A DNA stretch of 64,000 nt from contig JAJYTE010000001.1 in NCBI GenBank assembly GCA_021793215.1, positions 18,329 to 82,328 on the forward strand, read 5' to 3'. The translations under genes and the position numbers were made by a program. The DNA comes from Bacillota bacterium. GTDB taxonomy: Bacteria > Bacillota > Sulfobacillia > JAJZYS01 > JAJYTV01. This document shows positions 46,490 to 55,472 of the stretch, piece by piece. The notes under the pieces are model-generated. The model worked only from the letters and a program-made list of their open reading frames with translations, did not search any database and had not been told where the DNA came from. Position 1 is the stretch's first letter; each line of letters opens with the position of its first letter.

Positions 46490-47287
46490 ATGGGCAAGCG
46501 GTTCGGTGTCGCCACGCGAAGGAGATCTCAGGCGCAGGCCCTCGACTTCAGCTTCTGGGAGAGCAAGGGCAGCAGCGGAGCGGTGGCCGCGTCCCCGCCC
46601 TCCTCCGTGCCGATGGTCTCGGCGTTCGCCGACAACCGCGTGGCGCGCGCGCATCCCGACTGGGTGCAGGTCGGGCCGGACGGCGAACGGGGCGACCGAT
46701 CGGCGCGCTACTTCGACTGGTCGACGCTCTGCCCGACGCGGGACGATGTGTTCAGGCTCGCACTCTTTTGGGCGACGCAGGCGGCGAACGGGAACGGACT
46801 TCGGCTCGACGACGTGAACTACGCCCGGCAGGGCTACTGCCAGTGCGAGGAGTGCCGGAAGGCGATCGCGCAGGGCGGGGTGGCGCCCGAAGAGTTTCGG
46901 CGAACGCGCATCGCGTCGTTCCTCCGCGCGGTGCGATCCGAGGTGAAGGTGCCGCTGTACTTGACGCTCTACCCCGATCCGTACCCGGGCCATCTTGAGA
47001 GGCGCTTCGGCGTCGACCCCGATGTACTGTCGGAGTTGGTGGACACGTTCATCGTGCCGATCTACGACCTCGCCTACAGCACGACCTACTGGCTCGAGGC
47101 GCTCGCGATGGGCTTCGCCGACCGGCTGCGCCGGCCGTTCCTCGTGGAGCTCTACGGGCTTGACGTACCCGAGGAGCGGCTCCGAAAGGCGGCCGAGGTC
47201 GCGATGGCGTACGCGGACGGCGTGCTGATCGCCTACGACAGGGACGACGCCAAGGTTCTGCGCATTCGCGACAGCGTACTGGGCTGA
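46490..47287 (+). CDS. Hypothetical protein with CxCxxC motif (possible TIM-barrel glycoside-hydrolase-like fold)
   Basis: 265 aa with SD GGAGGGA 8 nt upstream. Motifs ...YARQGYCQCEECRKAIA... and ...IVPIYDLAYS.... No confident family. Confidence 0.4.
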   Translation: MGKRFGVATRRRSQAQALDFSFWESKGSSGAVAASPPSSVPMVSAFADNRVARAHPDWVQVGPDGERGDRSARYFDWSTLCPTRDDVFRLALFWATQAANGNGLRLDDVNYARQGYCQCEECRKAIAQGGVAPEEFRRTRIASFLRAVRSEVKVPLYLTLYPDPYPGHLERRFGVDPDVLSELVDTFIVPIYDLAYSTTYWLEALAMGFADRLRRPFLVELYGLDVPEERLRKAAEVAMAYADGVLIAYDRDDAKVLRIRDSVLG

Positions 47288-47373
47288 GGGACCCATCGCA
47301 GGCCCAGAGGCGTGATGGTGACCCACTTGCCGCTTGATGGGTGCAGGCGTGCCGCCCGGACTCGAGTTTCCGC

Positions 47374-48251
47374 ATGCCGTCGGGGCAAGAGATCGTGGTG
47401 GAGCGCGTCATCGACGCGCCCCGCCGTGCCGTGTTCGAGGCCTGGGTCAGGCCGGAGCGCCTGGTGCACTGGTGGGGCCCGCGTGGTTTCGAGAATGTGG
47501 TCCAGGAGATGGACGTGCGCCCAGGCGGCGCGTGGCGCATCGTGCAGCGTAGTCCCGACGGCGCTGTGCACCCGTTCCGGGGTTCCTACCTCGAGGTCGC
47601 CGCACCTGAACGCCTCGTCTTCACCCAGCGGTACGACGTGGCACCGTGGGCTGAGGAGCAACTGCTCGTCACGCTGATCCTGGCGGATGCGGAGGACAAG
47701 ACGCGGCTCTCCCTCACGGATCGGTTCGCTTCGCAGCGCGAGCGCGACGAGAACCTCGGGAGGGGCGTTCTCGAGAGCCTGGAGCGCCTTGCAAAAGAGC
47801 TCGCACCGCGCGCCTCGGAGGATGGAACGGCGCTCGAGATTCTGGCTGTGCGTATGCTGGATGCGCCGCCAGCTCGCGTGTGGGAGATGTGGACTGAGCC
47901 GAGTCATCTTGCCCGCTGGCGGGGACCGCAGGGCTTTACGACGACTACCCAGGAGATGGACGTGCGTACGGGCGGCGTCTGGCGGTTCGTGATGCGGGGA
48001 CCGGACGGCGCCGTGTACCCGACGTGTACAGTGAGGTGCAGCATCCCTACCGCGTCGTCTACCAGCACACCGTCGTTCCGCGCTTTGAACACGAGGTGAC
48101 GTTCGTCGAGATGGGCGGCAAGACGCGGGTCATGGTGCGTATGCGCTTCGCCTCGGCGGCCGAGCTGGAGACCGCCGCGCGGGAGTTCCATGCCGAGGAG
48201 GGATTGGCCGAAACGATGGCCCGTCTGGGGCGAGAACTCGCGACCCCCTAA
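47374..48251 (+). pseudogene. Tandem-AHSA1/SRPBCC-domain protein with a +/-1 frameshift in the second domain (pseudogene or sequencing error)
   Basis: Domain 1 (...VHWWGPRGFENVVQEMDVRPGGAWRIVQRSPDGAVHPFRGSYLEV...) is repeated as domain 2 (...ARWRGPQGFTTTTQEMDVRTGGVWRFVMRGPDGAVYP). The frame then breaks, and the continuation (VYSEVQHPYRVVYQH...LGRELATP) is in the frame of ORF 48024-48251. A 1-nt insertion restores ...AVYPNVYSEV.... Confidence 0.5.
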
Positions 48252-48332
48252 AGGTGCGGCTCGCATGCCGCGCGACGGCGCGCGGACAGACGAGTATGCT
48301 ATAGGAAGTTGCGCCCATCGGGAGGGGTAGAG

Positions 48333-49400
48333 ATGGCGGACTTCGCCCAGAATGTCCCGCTCGCCCCGTTGACCACCCTTGGACTCGGCGGGCCGGCGCG
48401 CTTCTACGCCGAGGCGCATAGCGAGACCGAGCTACAGGATGCGCTTGCGGCCGCCCGCACGCAGGAGCTCGACGTACAGATTCTCGGTGGCGGGAGCAAC
48501 ACCGTTTTCCCGGACTCCGGCTACCGAGGGCTCGTGGTGCGCGTCGGGCTGCGCGGCGTGCGCTTCGCCGACGATGGTGAGGGCGTGCTCGCGACCGCCG
48601 CGGCGGGCGAGGACTGGGACGCCTTCGTCGCGCTGTGCGTCGCGAAGGGCCTGCAAGGCCTCGAGTGCCTGTCGGGGATCCCCGGCTCCGTGGGCGCGAC
48701 GCCGATCCAGAACGTCGGCGCCTACGGCCAAGAGGTCTCGCAGACGCTGGTGGAGGTTCGTGCGCTCGATCGCGCAACCCTCGAAGAGGTGACGTTCAGC
48801 GGCCCCGAGTGCGCATTCTCCTACCGCAGCAGCCGGTTCAAGGCACAGGATGCCGGCCGTCACGCCATCCTCGCGGTGAGCTACCGGTTGCGCCGCGGCG
48901 CGCGGCCCAGCCTCGGCTACCCGGAGCTTGCGCGCGCGGCGCAGGCGCTCGGGGTTCCCGAAGCGGAGCCGGGAGATGCGCTCAAGCTGACGCGCCACGC
49001 GGTGCTGACCCTGCGCCGCGGCAAGTCGATGGTCTACGATCCGCAGGACCCGCACTCCCATTCGGTCGGCTCCTTCTTCCTGAATCCGGTACTGGACGAC
49101 GCCGCGTACCGCACGCTCTGCGAACGCTTGCGCCTGCGCTTTCCGGAGGATCCACCCGAGCCGCCCGTCTTCCCTGCGGACGGCGGACGCAAGGTGCCGG
49201 CGGCCTGGCTGATCGAGCGGGTGGGGTTCACCCGTGGCCTGCGCCGCGGCGGAGTGGGCATCTCCCGCAACCACACCCTTGCGCTCGTGAACTACGACGG
49301 CACGACGAGCGAGCTTCTGGCACTGGCTCGAGAGATCCAGGCGGGAGTGGAACGCGCCTTCGGAGTGCGCCTGCAGCCGGAGCCTGTGATCGTCTCGTAG
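48333..49400 (+). CDS. murB: UDP-N-acetylenolpyruvoylglucosamine reductase
   Basis: ATG after GGGAGGGG. MADFAQNVPLAPLTTLGLGGPARFYAEA...ILGGGSNTVF..., then ...GAYGQEV... and C-terminal ...GSFFLNP.... Confidence 0.85.
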   Translation: MADFAQNVPLAPLTTLGLGGPARFYAEAHSETELQDALAAARTQELDVQILGGGSNTVFPDSGYRGLVVRVGLRGVRFADDGEGVLATAAAGEDWDAFVALCVAKGLQGLECLSGIPGSVGATPIQNVGAYGQEVSQTLVEVRALDRATLEEVTFSGPECAFSYRSSRFKAQDAGRHAILAVSYRLRRGARPSLGYPELARAAQALGVPEAEPGDALKLTRHAVLTLRRGKSMVYDPQDPHSHSVGSFFLNPVLDDAAYRTLCERLRLRFPEDPPEPPVFPADGGRKVPAAWLIERVGFTRGLRRGGVGISRNHTLALVNYDGTTSELLALAREIQAGVERAFGVRLQPEPVIVS

Positions 49401-49422
49401 GTGGCGAGCGTCCAGCAAAAGT

Positions 49423-49450
49423 AACGTCCCCGGCACGCGCCGGGGACGTT
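49423..49450. terminator. Bidirectional intrinsic terminator AACGTCCCCGGC-ACGC-GCCGGGGACGTT
   Basis: A perfect 12-bp stem with a 4-nt loop, 22 nt after the murB stop. It is followed by TTTAGTTTGG on the plus strand and by ACTTTTGCTGG on the minus strand. Confidence 0.6.
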
Positions 49451-49463
49451 TAGTTTGGAGCGG

Positions 49464-49592
49464 TCAGAACGGGTGCACCGGCCTGCCGCCGTAGGCGACG
49501 AGCAGGGCACCGGAGACGCCGATCGCTGAAAGCAGCAGGAGCACAACAGCCGTCCGCACTCTTTGGCGCCACGTGGCGCGGGGTTTCTCCAT
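49464..49592 (-). CDS. Possible small membrane protein (42 aa)
   Basis: MEKPRATWRQRVRTAVVLLLLSAIGVSGALLVAYGGRPVHPF with SD GAGGTGG 4 nt upstream. Lies between proS and the terminator. Weak support. Confidence 0.3.
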   Translation of the reverse strand: MEKPRATWRQRVRTAVVLLLLSAIGVSGALLVAYGGRPVHPF

Positions 49593-49707
49593 ACGACCAC
49601 CTCGAGGTTGGCGGAGCGTTGCCGCCGAGTCTACCCACAGCATGAACCCGCGAGATGAAGGGCGTCTTAGTTCCGAATGAGAAAATCCAAAGAAGGCCGC
49701 CGCGAAG

Positions 49708-51414
49708 CTAGTCGCCGCCGCCCTGCGTGGCGAGGCGGGTCCGCAGCGCATCCGCAGCTTCCTTGAGCGGTAGAGACTCCGTCGTGCCATCAGACCGGCG
49801 GCGAACTTCGACCGCACCATGCGCGAGCGATCGGGCGCCGATCGTGGCCCTCCAGGGCATCCCCAGGAGGTCCGCGTCCTGGAACTTCACTCCGGCCGAG
49901 ACCGGGCGGTCGTCGTAGAGCGTGCAGTCCGCGCCGATGCGCGCGTAGAGGTCATCCGCCGCGGCGCGCACTTCTTCGCTCTCGCCGGCGGCCACGAGAT
50001 GGAGCGGGTACGGTGCCGCAGCTTGCGGCCATGCGACCCCCTGCGCATCGTGGTGCGCCTCGACGATCGCGGCGAGCAGCCGAGTGATCCCGATCCCGTA
50101 GGACGCCATCTGGATTGGCGCCGACCTGCCGTCCGCAGCGGTCGCGTGGGCGCCAAGGGCCGCGCTGTACAACGTGCCCAGCTCGAAGATGTTGCCGACC
50201 TCGATGCCGCGCTCCTCGGCGAGATCTGCGCCGCACGACGGGCACGGATCGCCCTGCGCTGCGAGCGCGATGTCCGCGACGACGTCCGCCGTGACATCGC
50301 GCTCCACCGAGACGCCGACGAGGTGCGCTCCTTCGCGGTTCGCGCCCGCAACGAGGCCCTCGCCGCCCCGAAGGCCGGCGTCCAGAACGATCCGAAACCG
50401 CCCTGGCAGACGGAGGCCGACTGGCCCCGCGTAGCCGACGACCAGCCCGCGGACCCGGCTCTCCTCCACGGACAAGGGGCGTACCGCAGTCCCGAGTGCG
50501 GCGTCGAGCTTTGGCAGACACACTTCGCGGTCTCCGCGCACGAGCCCGAGGATGGTCTCGTCGCCCGCGGCGCAGAACACTGATTTCATCGCCTGATGCG
50601 GCGCGATGCCGAGCTGCGTGCACAGATCCGCGATCGTCTTCGCGCCCGGCGTTTCGACCTCGCCGAGCGGTGCGCGCTCCGTGGCCCGGTGCGGCTGCGC
50701 AGCCACAGGTGCCACCTCGGCGTTCGCCGCGTAGCCGCACGCACAGGTGAGCAGCCGGTCCTCGCCGTGGGCGGACGGCATGGTGAACTCGTGGCTGCGA
50801 TGACCTCCCATGATGCCGCTGCCGGACGCCACCTCGCGCACCGGGACTTCCAGGCGCTCGAAGATGCGGCGGTAGGCCCCGGCGACCTCGGCGTAGCAGC
50901 GGAACAGGTCCTGCTCGGTCGCATGGAAGCTATAGGCGTCCTGCATCACGAACTCGCGCAGCCGCACGAGCCCGCCGCGCGGACGTGGCTCGTCGCGGAA
51001 CTTCAGCTGGATCTGGTAGAGCAGCACGGGCAGCTGGCGGTAGGAGTCCACCGCCTCCGCGACGAGCGAGGTTGCGGCCTCCTCGTGCGTCATCGCCAGG
51101 ACATGAGGGTGGCCCGTCCGGTCGCGAAAGCGCAGCAGCGACTCGTCGATCGCATCGTACCGGCCGGTGCGCTGCCAGTTGTCAGCCGGCTGCACGAGCG
51201 GCAGCAGCACCTCCTGCGCGCCGATGCGCTCGAACTCGCTGCGCACGACGTGCTCGACGCGGCGCAGCGCGCGCAGGCCGAGCGGCGTCAGGGAGTAGAT
51301 GCCGGAGCCGACGCGCTGGACGTAGCCCGCGCGCACCAGCAGCCGGTGGCTGGGCAGTTCGGCGTCGGCCGGAGCATCCTTGCGCGTGCGGAGCAGCAAT
51401 CGGGACATGCGCAT
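49708..51414 (-). CDS. proS: Proline--tRNA ligase
   Basis: MRMSRLLLRTRKDAPADAELPSHRLLVRAGYVQRVGSGIYSLTPLGLRALRRVEHVVRSEF..., with class II motifs and an editing-domain insertion. SD GGAGGTG. Confidence 0.9.
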   Translation of the reverse strand: MRMSRLLLRTRKDAPADAELPSHRLLVRAGYVQRVGSGIYSLTPLGLRALRRVEHVVRSEFERIGAQEVLLPLVQPADNWQRTGRYDAIDESLLRFRDRTGHPHVLAMTHEEAATSLVAEAVDSYRQLPVLLYQIQLKFRDEPRPRGGLVRLREFVMQDAYSFHATEQDLFRCYAEVAGAYRRIFERLEVPVREVASGSGIMGGHRSHEFTMPSAHGEDRLLTCACGYAANAEVAPVAAQPHRATERAPLGEVETPGAKTIADLCTQLGIAPHQAMKSVFCAAGDETILGLVRGDREVCLPKLDAALGTAVRPLSVEESRVRGLVVGYAGPVGLRLPGRFRIVLDAGLRGGEGLVAGANREGAHLVGVSVERDVTADVVADIALAAQGDPCPSCGADLAEERGIEVGNIFELGTLYSAALGAHATAADGRSAPIQMASYGIGITRLLAAIVEAHHDAQGVAWPQAAAPYPLHLVAAGESEEVRAAADDLYARIGADCTLYDDRPVSAGVKFQDADLLGMPWRATIGARSLAHGAVEVRRRSDGTTESLPLKEAADALRTRLATQGGGD

Positions 51415-51718
51415 GTGAGCACCTCCTCTGGACGTAGAGACGCCCCGCCCTGCGAAGGGCGGGGCGGGGTCCCGCGGTACCACCTTCATTCGGCCGAACG
51501 GCCATCTCGACTCGCCGACCATGGAGTCGGCGATCGCCCGATCACGGGGGCTGCCGGGCGGCTCATCGCCGCCAGCTCAGGGATGGGGTTCGCGCGCTGT
51601 GCGTCCCGGCTTCTCACCAACCGCCGGGTCTCTTGCACGCCGTAGGCGCGACTGGTCCCTTCGTCGCTCGTTGCGGCAGAGTATAGGCCGCCTGCGGGCG
51701 AACGTCAACCGCAGAAGG
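51415..51718 (-). ncRNA. T-box riboswitch leader upstream of proS
   Basis: On the minus strand, AAUGAAGGUGGUACCGCGGGAC (revcomp of 51468-51489) matches the T-box consensus AAnnnGGGUGGnACCGCG. It is followed by the hairpin CCCCGCCCUUCGCAGGGCGGGG and then the SD. The upstream ~200 nt holds a Stem-I-like CCCGGC...GCCGGG helix with an AGAGA element and a candidate CCU-A specifier. Confidence 0.55.
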
Positions 51719-53362
51719 TCACCGCCGCCAGCGGAACATGGCGTCCCAGGATCTCTCCGCGGCCGCCACTTCTGCCGCCTGGCGCACGTCGCTCCACGCC
51801 AGCAGCTCGGCCATCTCGGCGCCGAGCGGCGCGATGCCCGCCCGAGCTCCCCGTCCGCCGAAGCGGAGGAACTGCGTGCGCCGCCAGAGCACGTCGGTGA
51901 GGTGCAGCGCCATCTCCGCGCGGACAGCGTAGCGAAGTCGCATGCGCGTAAGACGCATGTCGGCTGTGGTGCCGGCACGGCCCGGCGGCAGTCCCTCCGT
52001 CAGCGAGGGCGCGCGGCAGCCGTACGGCGCGAGTTCCCTCGCCAGGAGGGTGGCCGGGATCGATTGGCTGCGCGAAAGTCTATGCAGCTCCTCCGCGGTG
52101 GGCAGGGGCACCTCCCCGCCCGGAAGAGGGCTGCGGCTCCGCGCCCTCGCCTCCGCGCTGCGCGTCGCGGGGAAGATCGTGTCGACGATGCGCTCGGCCA
52201 TCGCCCGGAACGCGGTGAGCTTCCCGCCCGCGACGTAGCTGATCCCGTTCCCCTGGGAGACCAGGCGGTAGTCGCGCGAGGTTCGCGATGGCGGGGCGCC
52301 GGGGCGTGACCGCACAAGTGGACGCACGCCCGCCCAGGCGCCGATCACCGCCGCGGCGTCGACGCCCGCGCCGGGGAAGGCCCGCCCCGCGGCATCAAGA
52401 ATGTATCGCGCGTCCTCCGGCGTAATCTCATCGGCCTCGGCGGAATCGACGTCGGTGTCGGTGGTGCCGATGTAGGCGACGAGGCCGTCGGGGATCGCGA
52501 ACATCAACCGTCCATCGGGGCCGCGCAGCACGCAGGCCGACGCGATCGGCAGGCTCTGTCGGGTGAACGCGAGGTGGACGCCCTTCGTGCGCCGCAGAAG
52601 CGGCGGGGATCCGGGGCGCTCAGCGTCCGTCCACGGACCCACGGCAACGACCACGCGCGCTGCGAGCACCAGGAAGACGTCGCCGGACTCCTCGTCGCGC
52701 ACCTCCGCGCCGCGCGCGGTGCCGTCCTCGGATGTGAGGTAGCGCAGCGCGCGGCAGTAGTTCGCGACGGCGGCGCCCGCCGCGTCAGCTCCCTGGGCGA
52801 CCGCGAGTGTCAGGCGGGCGTCGTCCGTGAGGGCGTCCTCGTAGCGGGCTCCACCCTGCAGTCCGTCGCTGCGCAGGAGCGGCATCGCCTCGAGCACATC
52901 CTGGCGGTTCAGGAGGAGGTCGCGCGAGCGCAGCGGCAGTCCTCCCAGCTTCTCGTAGAGCCCGATGCCGAGGCGCACCGCGAGGAGGGCATCGGGATCT
53001 TTGCGGTAGACGGGAAAGAGGAACGGGAGCGGGTGCACGAGGTGCGGCGCCATCTGGCGCAGAAGCGCGCGCTCGCGCACCGCCTCGCGCACGAGTCGCA
53101 CCTCGCCCTGGCGCAGGTAGCGCAGTCCGCCGTGGATCAGCCGCGTCGAGCGGCTGGAGGTCCCGCCCGCGAAGTCGCGCGCCTCGACGAGCGCCACGCG
53201 CAGGCCGCGCAGCGCAGCCTCCCGCGCGATGCCGCTGCCTGTAATCCCGCCACCGACGACCAGGAGGTCGAACTGCTCGGATGCGAGGCGCGAGAGGGCC
53301 GCCTCGCGGGAGAAGGCGCTCAGTGGTGCATGCCCCGCACGGCCTGTATGGCCTTCGACCAC
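51719..53362 (-). CDS. glpD: FAD-dependent glycerol-3-phosphate dehydrogenase
   Basis: ...EQFDLLVVGGGITGSGIAREAALRGLRVALVEARDFAGGTSSRSTRLIHGGLRYL.... No in-frame ATG is present; the start is probably GTG at 53360-53362, overlapping the glpK 3' end. The track ORF to 53872 is antisense of glpK. Confidence 0.8.
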   Translation of the reverse strand: MVEGHTGRAGHAPLSAFSREAALSRLASEQFDLLVVGGGITGSGIAREAALRGLRVALVEARDFAGGTSSRSTRLIHGGLRYLRQGEVRLVREAVRERALLRQMAPHLVHPLPFLFPVYRKDPDALLAVRLGIGLYEKLGGLPLRSRDLLLNRQDVLEAMPLLRSDGLQGGARYEDALTDDARLTLAVAQGADAAGAAVANYCRALRYLTSEDGTARGAEVRDEESGDVFLVLAARVVVAVGPWTDAERPGSPPLLRRTKGVHLAFTRQSLPIASACVLRGPDGRLMFAIPDGLVAYIGTTDTDVDSAEADEITPEDARYILDAAGRAFPGAGVDAAAVIGAWAGVRPLVRSRPGAPPSRTSRDYRLVSQGNGISYVAGGKLTAFRAMAERIVDTIFPATRSAEARARSRSPLPGGEVPLPTAEELHRLSRSQSIPATLLARELAPYGCRAPSLTEGLPPGRAGTTADMRLTRMRLRYAVRAEMALHLTDVLWRRTQFLRFGGRGARAGIAPLGAEMAELLAWSDVRQAAEVAAAERSWDAMFRWRR

Positions 53363-54804
53363 CTGATGCGCTGCGCGCCGCGTGCCGCCTCGTCCAAGCT
53401 TGGCAGGAACTCTTGCTCTTCGACCGGCAGGTCCGCGATCTCGTCCGTCCCCGAGAAGATGCCCGCTCCGAGACCCGCCACCAGTGCGGCGCCGCGGGCC
53501 GTGGTCTCCACGTCCCGCGGCCGCAGCACGCGGAGACCGCTGAGGTCTGCCTGCATCTGGGCCAGGAGGTCCGAGCGCGCGACGCCGCCGTCGATCCTGA
53601 GATCTCCCAGGCCGCCGAGCTCCTTCGCCATCGCCTGCAGCACTTCGTCGGTGCGGTAGGCGATGGCATCGAACGCGGCCCGGGCGAGATGGGCCCGCGT
53701 CGTGCCACGCGAGAGGCCGAAAAGCGCCCCGCGGGCGAGGGGGTCCCAGTGCGGCGCACCAAGGCCGGTGAGCGCCGGCACCAGCAGCACGCCGCCGGCG
53801 TCCGGTACCTCGCGCGCGAGCGCCTCGGCCTCGGCCGGAGAGCCCACGAGCCCGAGTTCTGCCCTCAGCCACTCCAGGAGGCCGCCGGCCTGAAAGACGC
53901 TGCCCTCGAGCGCGTAGCGCAGGCCGTCGCCGATGTCCCAGGCTACGGTCGCGAGCAGGCCGCCTTCTTGCGGCGGCGCACTTTCACCGACCTGCGCGAG
54001 CAGAAAAGCGCCCGTGCCGTACGTCTGCTTCACGTCGCCCGGTCGAAAGCACCGCTGCCCGAAGAGCGCCGCCTGCTGGTCTCCGAGAACCCCGGTGATC
54101 GGGATCGGCGCACCCAGTAGGGACGGATCGCACGCACCGAAGCTGCCTGCCGAGGGCCGGATCTCGGGCAGCATGGAGCGCGCGACGCCGAAGAGGTCGC
54201 ATAGGTCCTGGGAGAACGCGCCGGCCCCAAGGTCCATCAGCAGCGTGCGCGACGCGTTCGAGGGGTCGGTCGCATGCACGCGGCCACCGGTGAGACGGTG
54301 GATCAGCCAGCTGTCGACCGTGCCGAAGCGCAGGTGTCCGGCCGCCGCGTCGCTCCCGAGCTGCCGATCGCTCCCTAGCAGCCAGGAAAGCTTCGTCGCG
54401 GAGAAGTAGGGATCCAGCACGAGCCCGGTGCGTGCGTGCAGCGCGGGCTCCTCGCCGCGGGCGCGCAGATCCTCGCAGAGCGCGGCGCTGCGCCTGCACT
54501 GCCAGACGATCGCCGGGGCGCGCGGTGCGCCGGTTCGCTCATCCCAGACGATGGTCGTCTCCCGCTGGTTGGCGATGCCGATCGCCGCGATGACCTTGGG
54601 CGATACGCCGGATGCGGAGATCGCTGCGCGCGCCGCTTCGAGTTGCGTGCGCCAGATCTCCTCCGGGTCCTGCTCGACGAAGCCCGGCTGTGGGAACCGG
54701 CTCGTGAGGGGGCGCGAGGCCTGGGCGACCGGCTTCGCCTGCGCGTCGTAGAGGATGGCGCGCGACGCGTGCGTCCCCTGGTCCAGGGCGAGCAGGTACG
54801 GCAA
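53320..54804 (-). CDS. glpK: Glycerol kinase
   Basis: TTG start 9 nt after AAGGAG gives MPYLLALDQGTHASRAILYD..., then ...GTGAFLL...GGVARSDLLAQMQADLSG.... The track start at 55158 is an extension. Confidence 0.9.
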   Translation of the reverse strand: MPYLLALDQGTHASRAILYDAQAKPVAQASRPLTSRFPQPGFVEQDPEEIWRTQLEAARAAISASGVSPKVIAAIGIANQRETTIVWDERTGAPRAPAIVWQCRRSAALCEDLRARGEEPALHARTGLVLDPYFSATKLSWLLGSDRQLGSDAAAGHLRFGTVDSWLIHRLTGGRVHATDPSNASRTLLMDLGAGAFSQDLCDLFGVARSMLPEIRPSAGSFGACDPSLLGAPIPITGVLGDQQAALFGQRCFRPGDVKQTYGTGAFLLAQVGESAPPQEGGLLATVAWDIGDGLRYALEGSVFQAGGLLEWLRAELGLVGSPAEAEALAREVPDAGGVLLVPALTGLGAPHWDPLARGALFGLSRGTTRAHLARAAFDAIAYRTDEVLQAMAKELGGLGDLRIDGGVARSDLLAQMQADLSGLRVLRPRDVETTARGAALVAGLGAGIFSGTDEIADLPVEEQEFLPSLDEAARGAQRIRWSKAIQAVRGMHH

Positions 54805-54920
54805 GTCGTCAAGCTCCTTCGGTTGGGCCGGATGCGCTGCAGCAGCAGGGAGCAGCCTGTTCGCCTTAACGACTGCGCGGGGCGCCCCAAGGGGCGCCCC
54901 GCGCGTCACTGCGTCTCGGT

Positions 54921-55190
54921 TTAGTAACGGCGCGGCGCGCGCTCTTCGCGCGGCCGGGCCTCGTTCACCGTGAGCTGGCGACCCTGCCAGTCCGAGCCGT
55001 TCAACGCGTCGATGACGGCCTGGGCCTGCTCCTCGTTGACCTCCACGAAACCGAAGCCGCGCGAACGGCCGGTCTCGCGGTCCGTGGCGATGCGTGCGGC
55101 GACGACCTCGGCGTACTGGCCTACGGCCTGCTCCAGGTCTTCGCTCGTCACTGCCCACGGCAGGTTACCGAAGTAGATGGTCTTCTGCAT
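54921..55190 (-). CDS. RRM-type RNA-binding protein (RNP-1/RNP-2)
   Basis: 89 aa, MQKTIYFGNLPWAVTSEDLEQAVGQYAEVVAARIATDRETGRSRGFGFVEVNEEQAQAVIDALNGSDWQGRQLTVNEARPREERAPRRY. RNP-2 reads IYFGNL and RNP-1 reads RGFGFVEV. Confidence 0.75.
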   Translation of the reverse strand: MQKTIYFGNLPWAVTSEDLEQAVGQYAEVVAARIATDRETGRSRGFGFVEVNEEQAQAVIDALNGSDWQGRQLTVNEARPREERAPRRY

Positions 55191-55295
55191 CCCGATGCAC
55201 TCCCTTCGAATCCGTATTCGCCAGGAAGTGCACGGAGACGAGGCACGAGGCCTGGATCCCATACGGACTCCGAGCGACAAGGCTACTCTAAGGCT

Positions 55296-55326
55296 TTTAT
55301 ACCTCACATGGCAAGCAGTTTTACAA
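55296..55326 (-). promoter_or_regulatory. Candidate promoter of the RRM gene (-35 TTGTAA, 19 nt, -10 TATAAA) in an AT-rich divergent region
   Basis: Minus-strand TTGTAA (55321-55326) and TATAAA (55296-55301). About 105 nt of 5' UTR follows, containing the long-range complement CCGTAT...ATACGG. Confidence 0.35.
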
Positions 55327-55472
55327 CTTGGCAGCGATGCCCGTTTCCTGCGCGAGGAGTGAGATTCATTGGCGCGGATGGTGCGGTAGAACTCTCCTGG
55401 ACGGTTGGCGGCGCCCGTGCTACATTGGCGCAAGTAAGTGATTGCTTGCTTGTCCACCGGAGGTGGGCCGCT

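Noticed and set aside
45155-47326. 723-aa minus-strand ORF
   Set aside because: Antisense to the MFS transporter and the hypothetical gene. Arg/His-rich low complexity.
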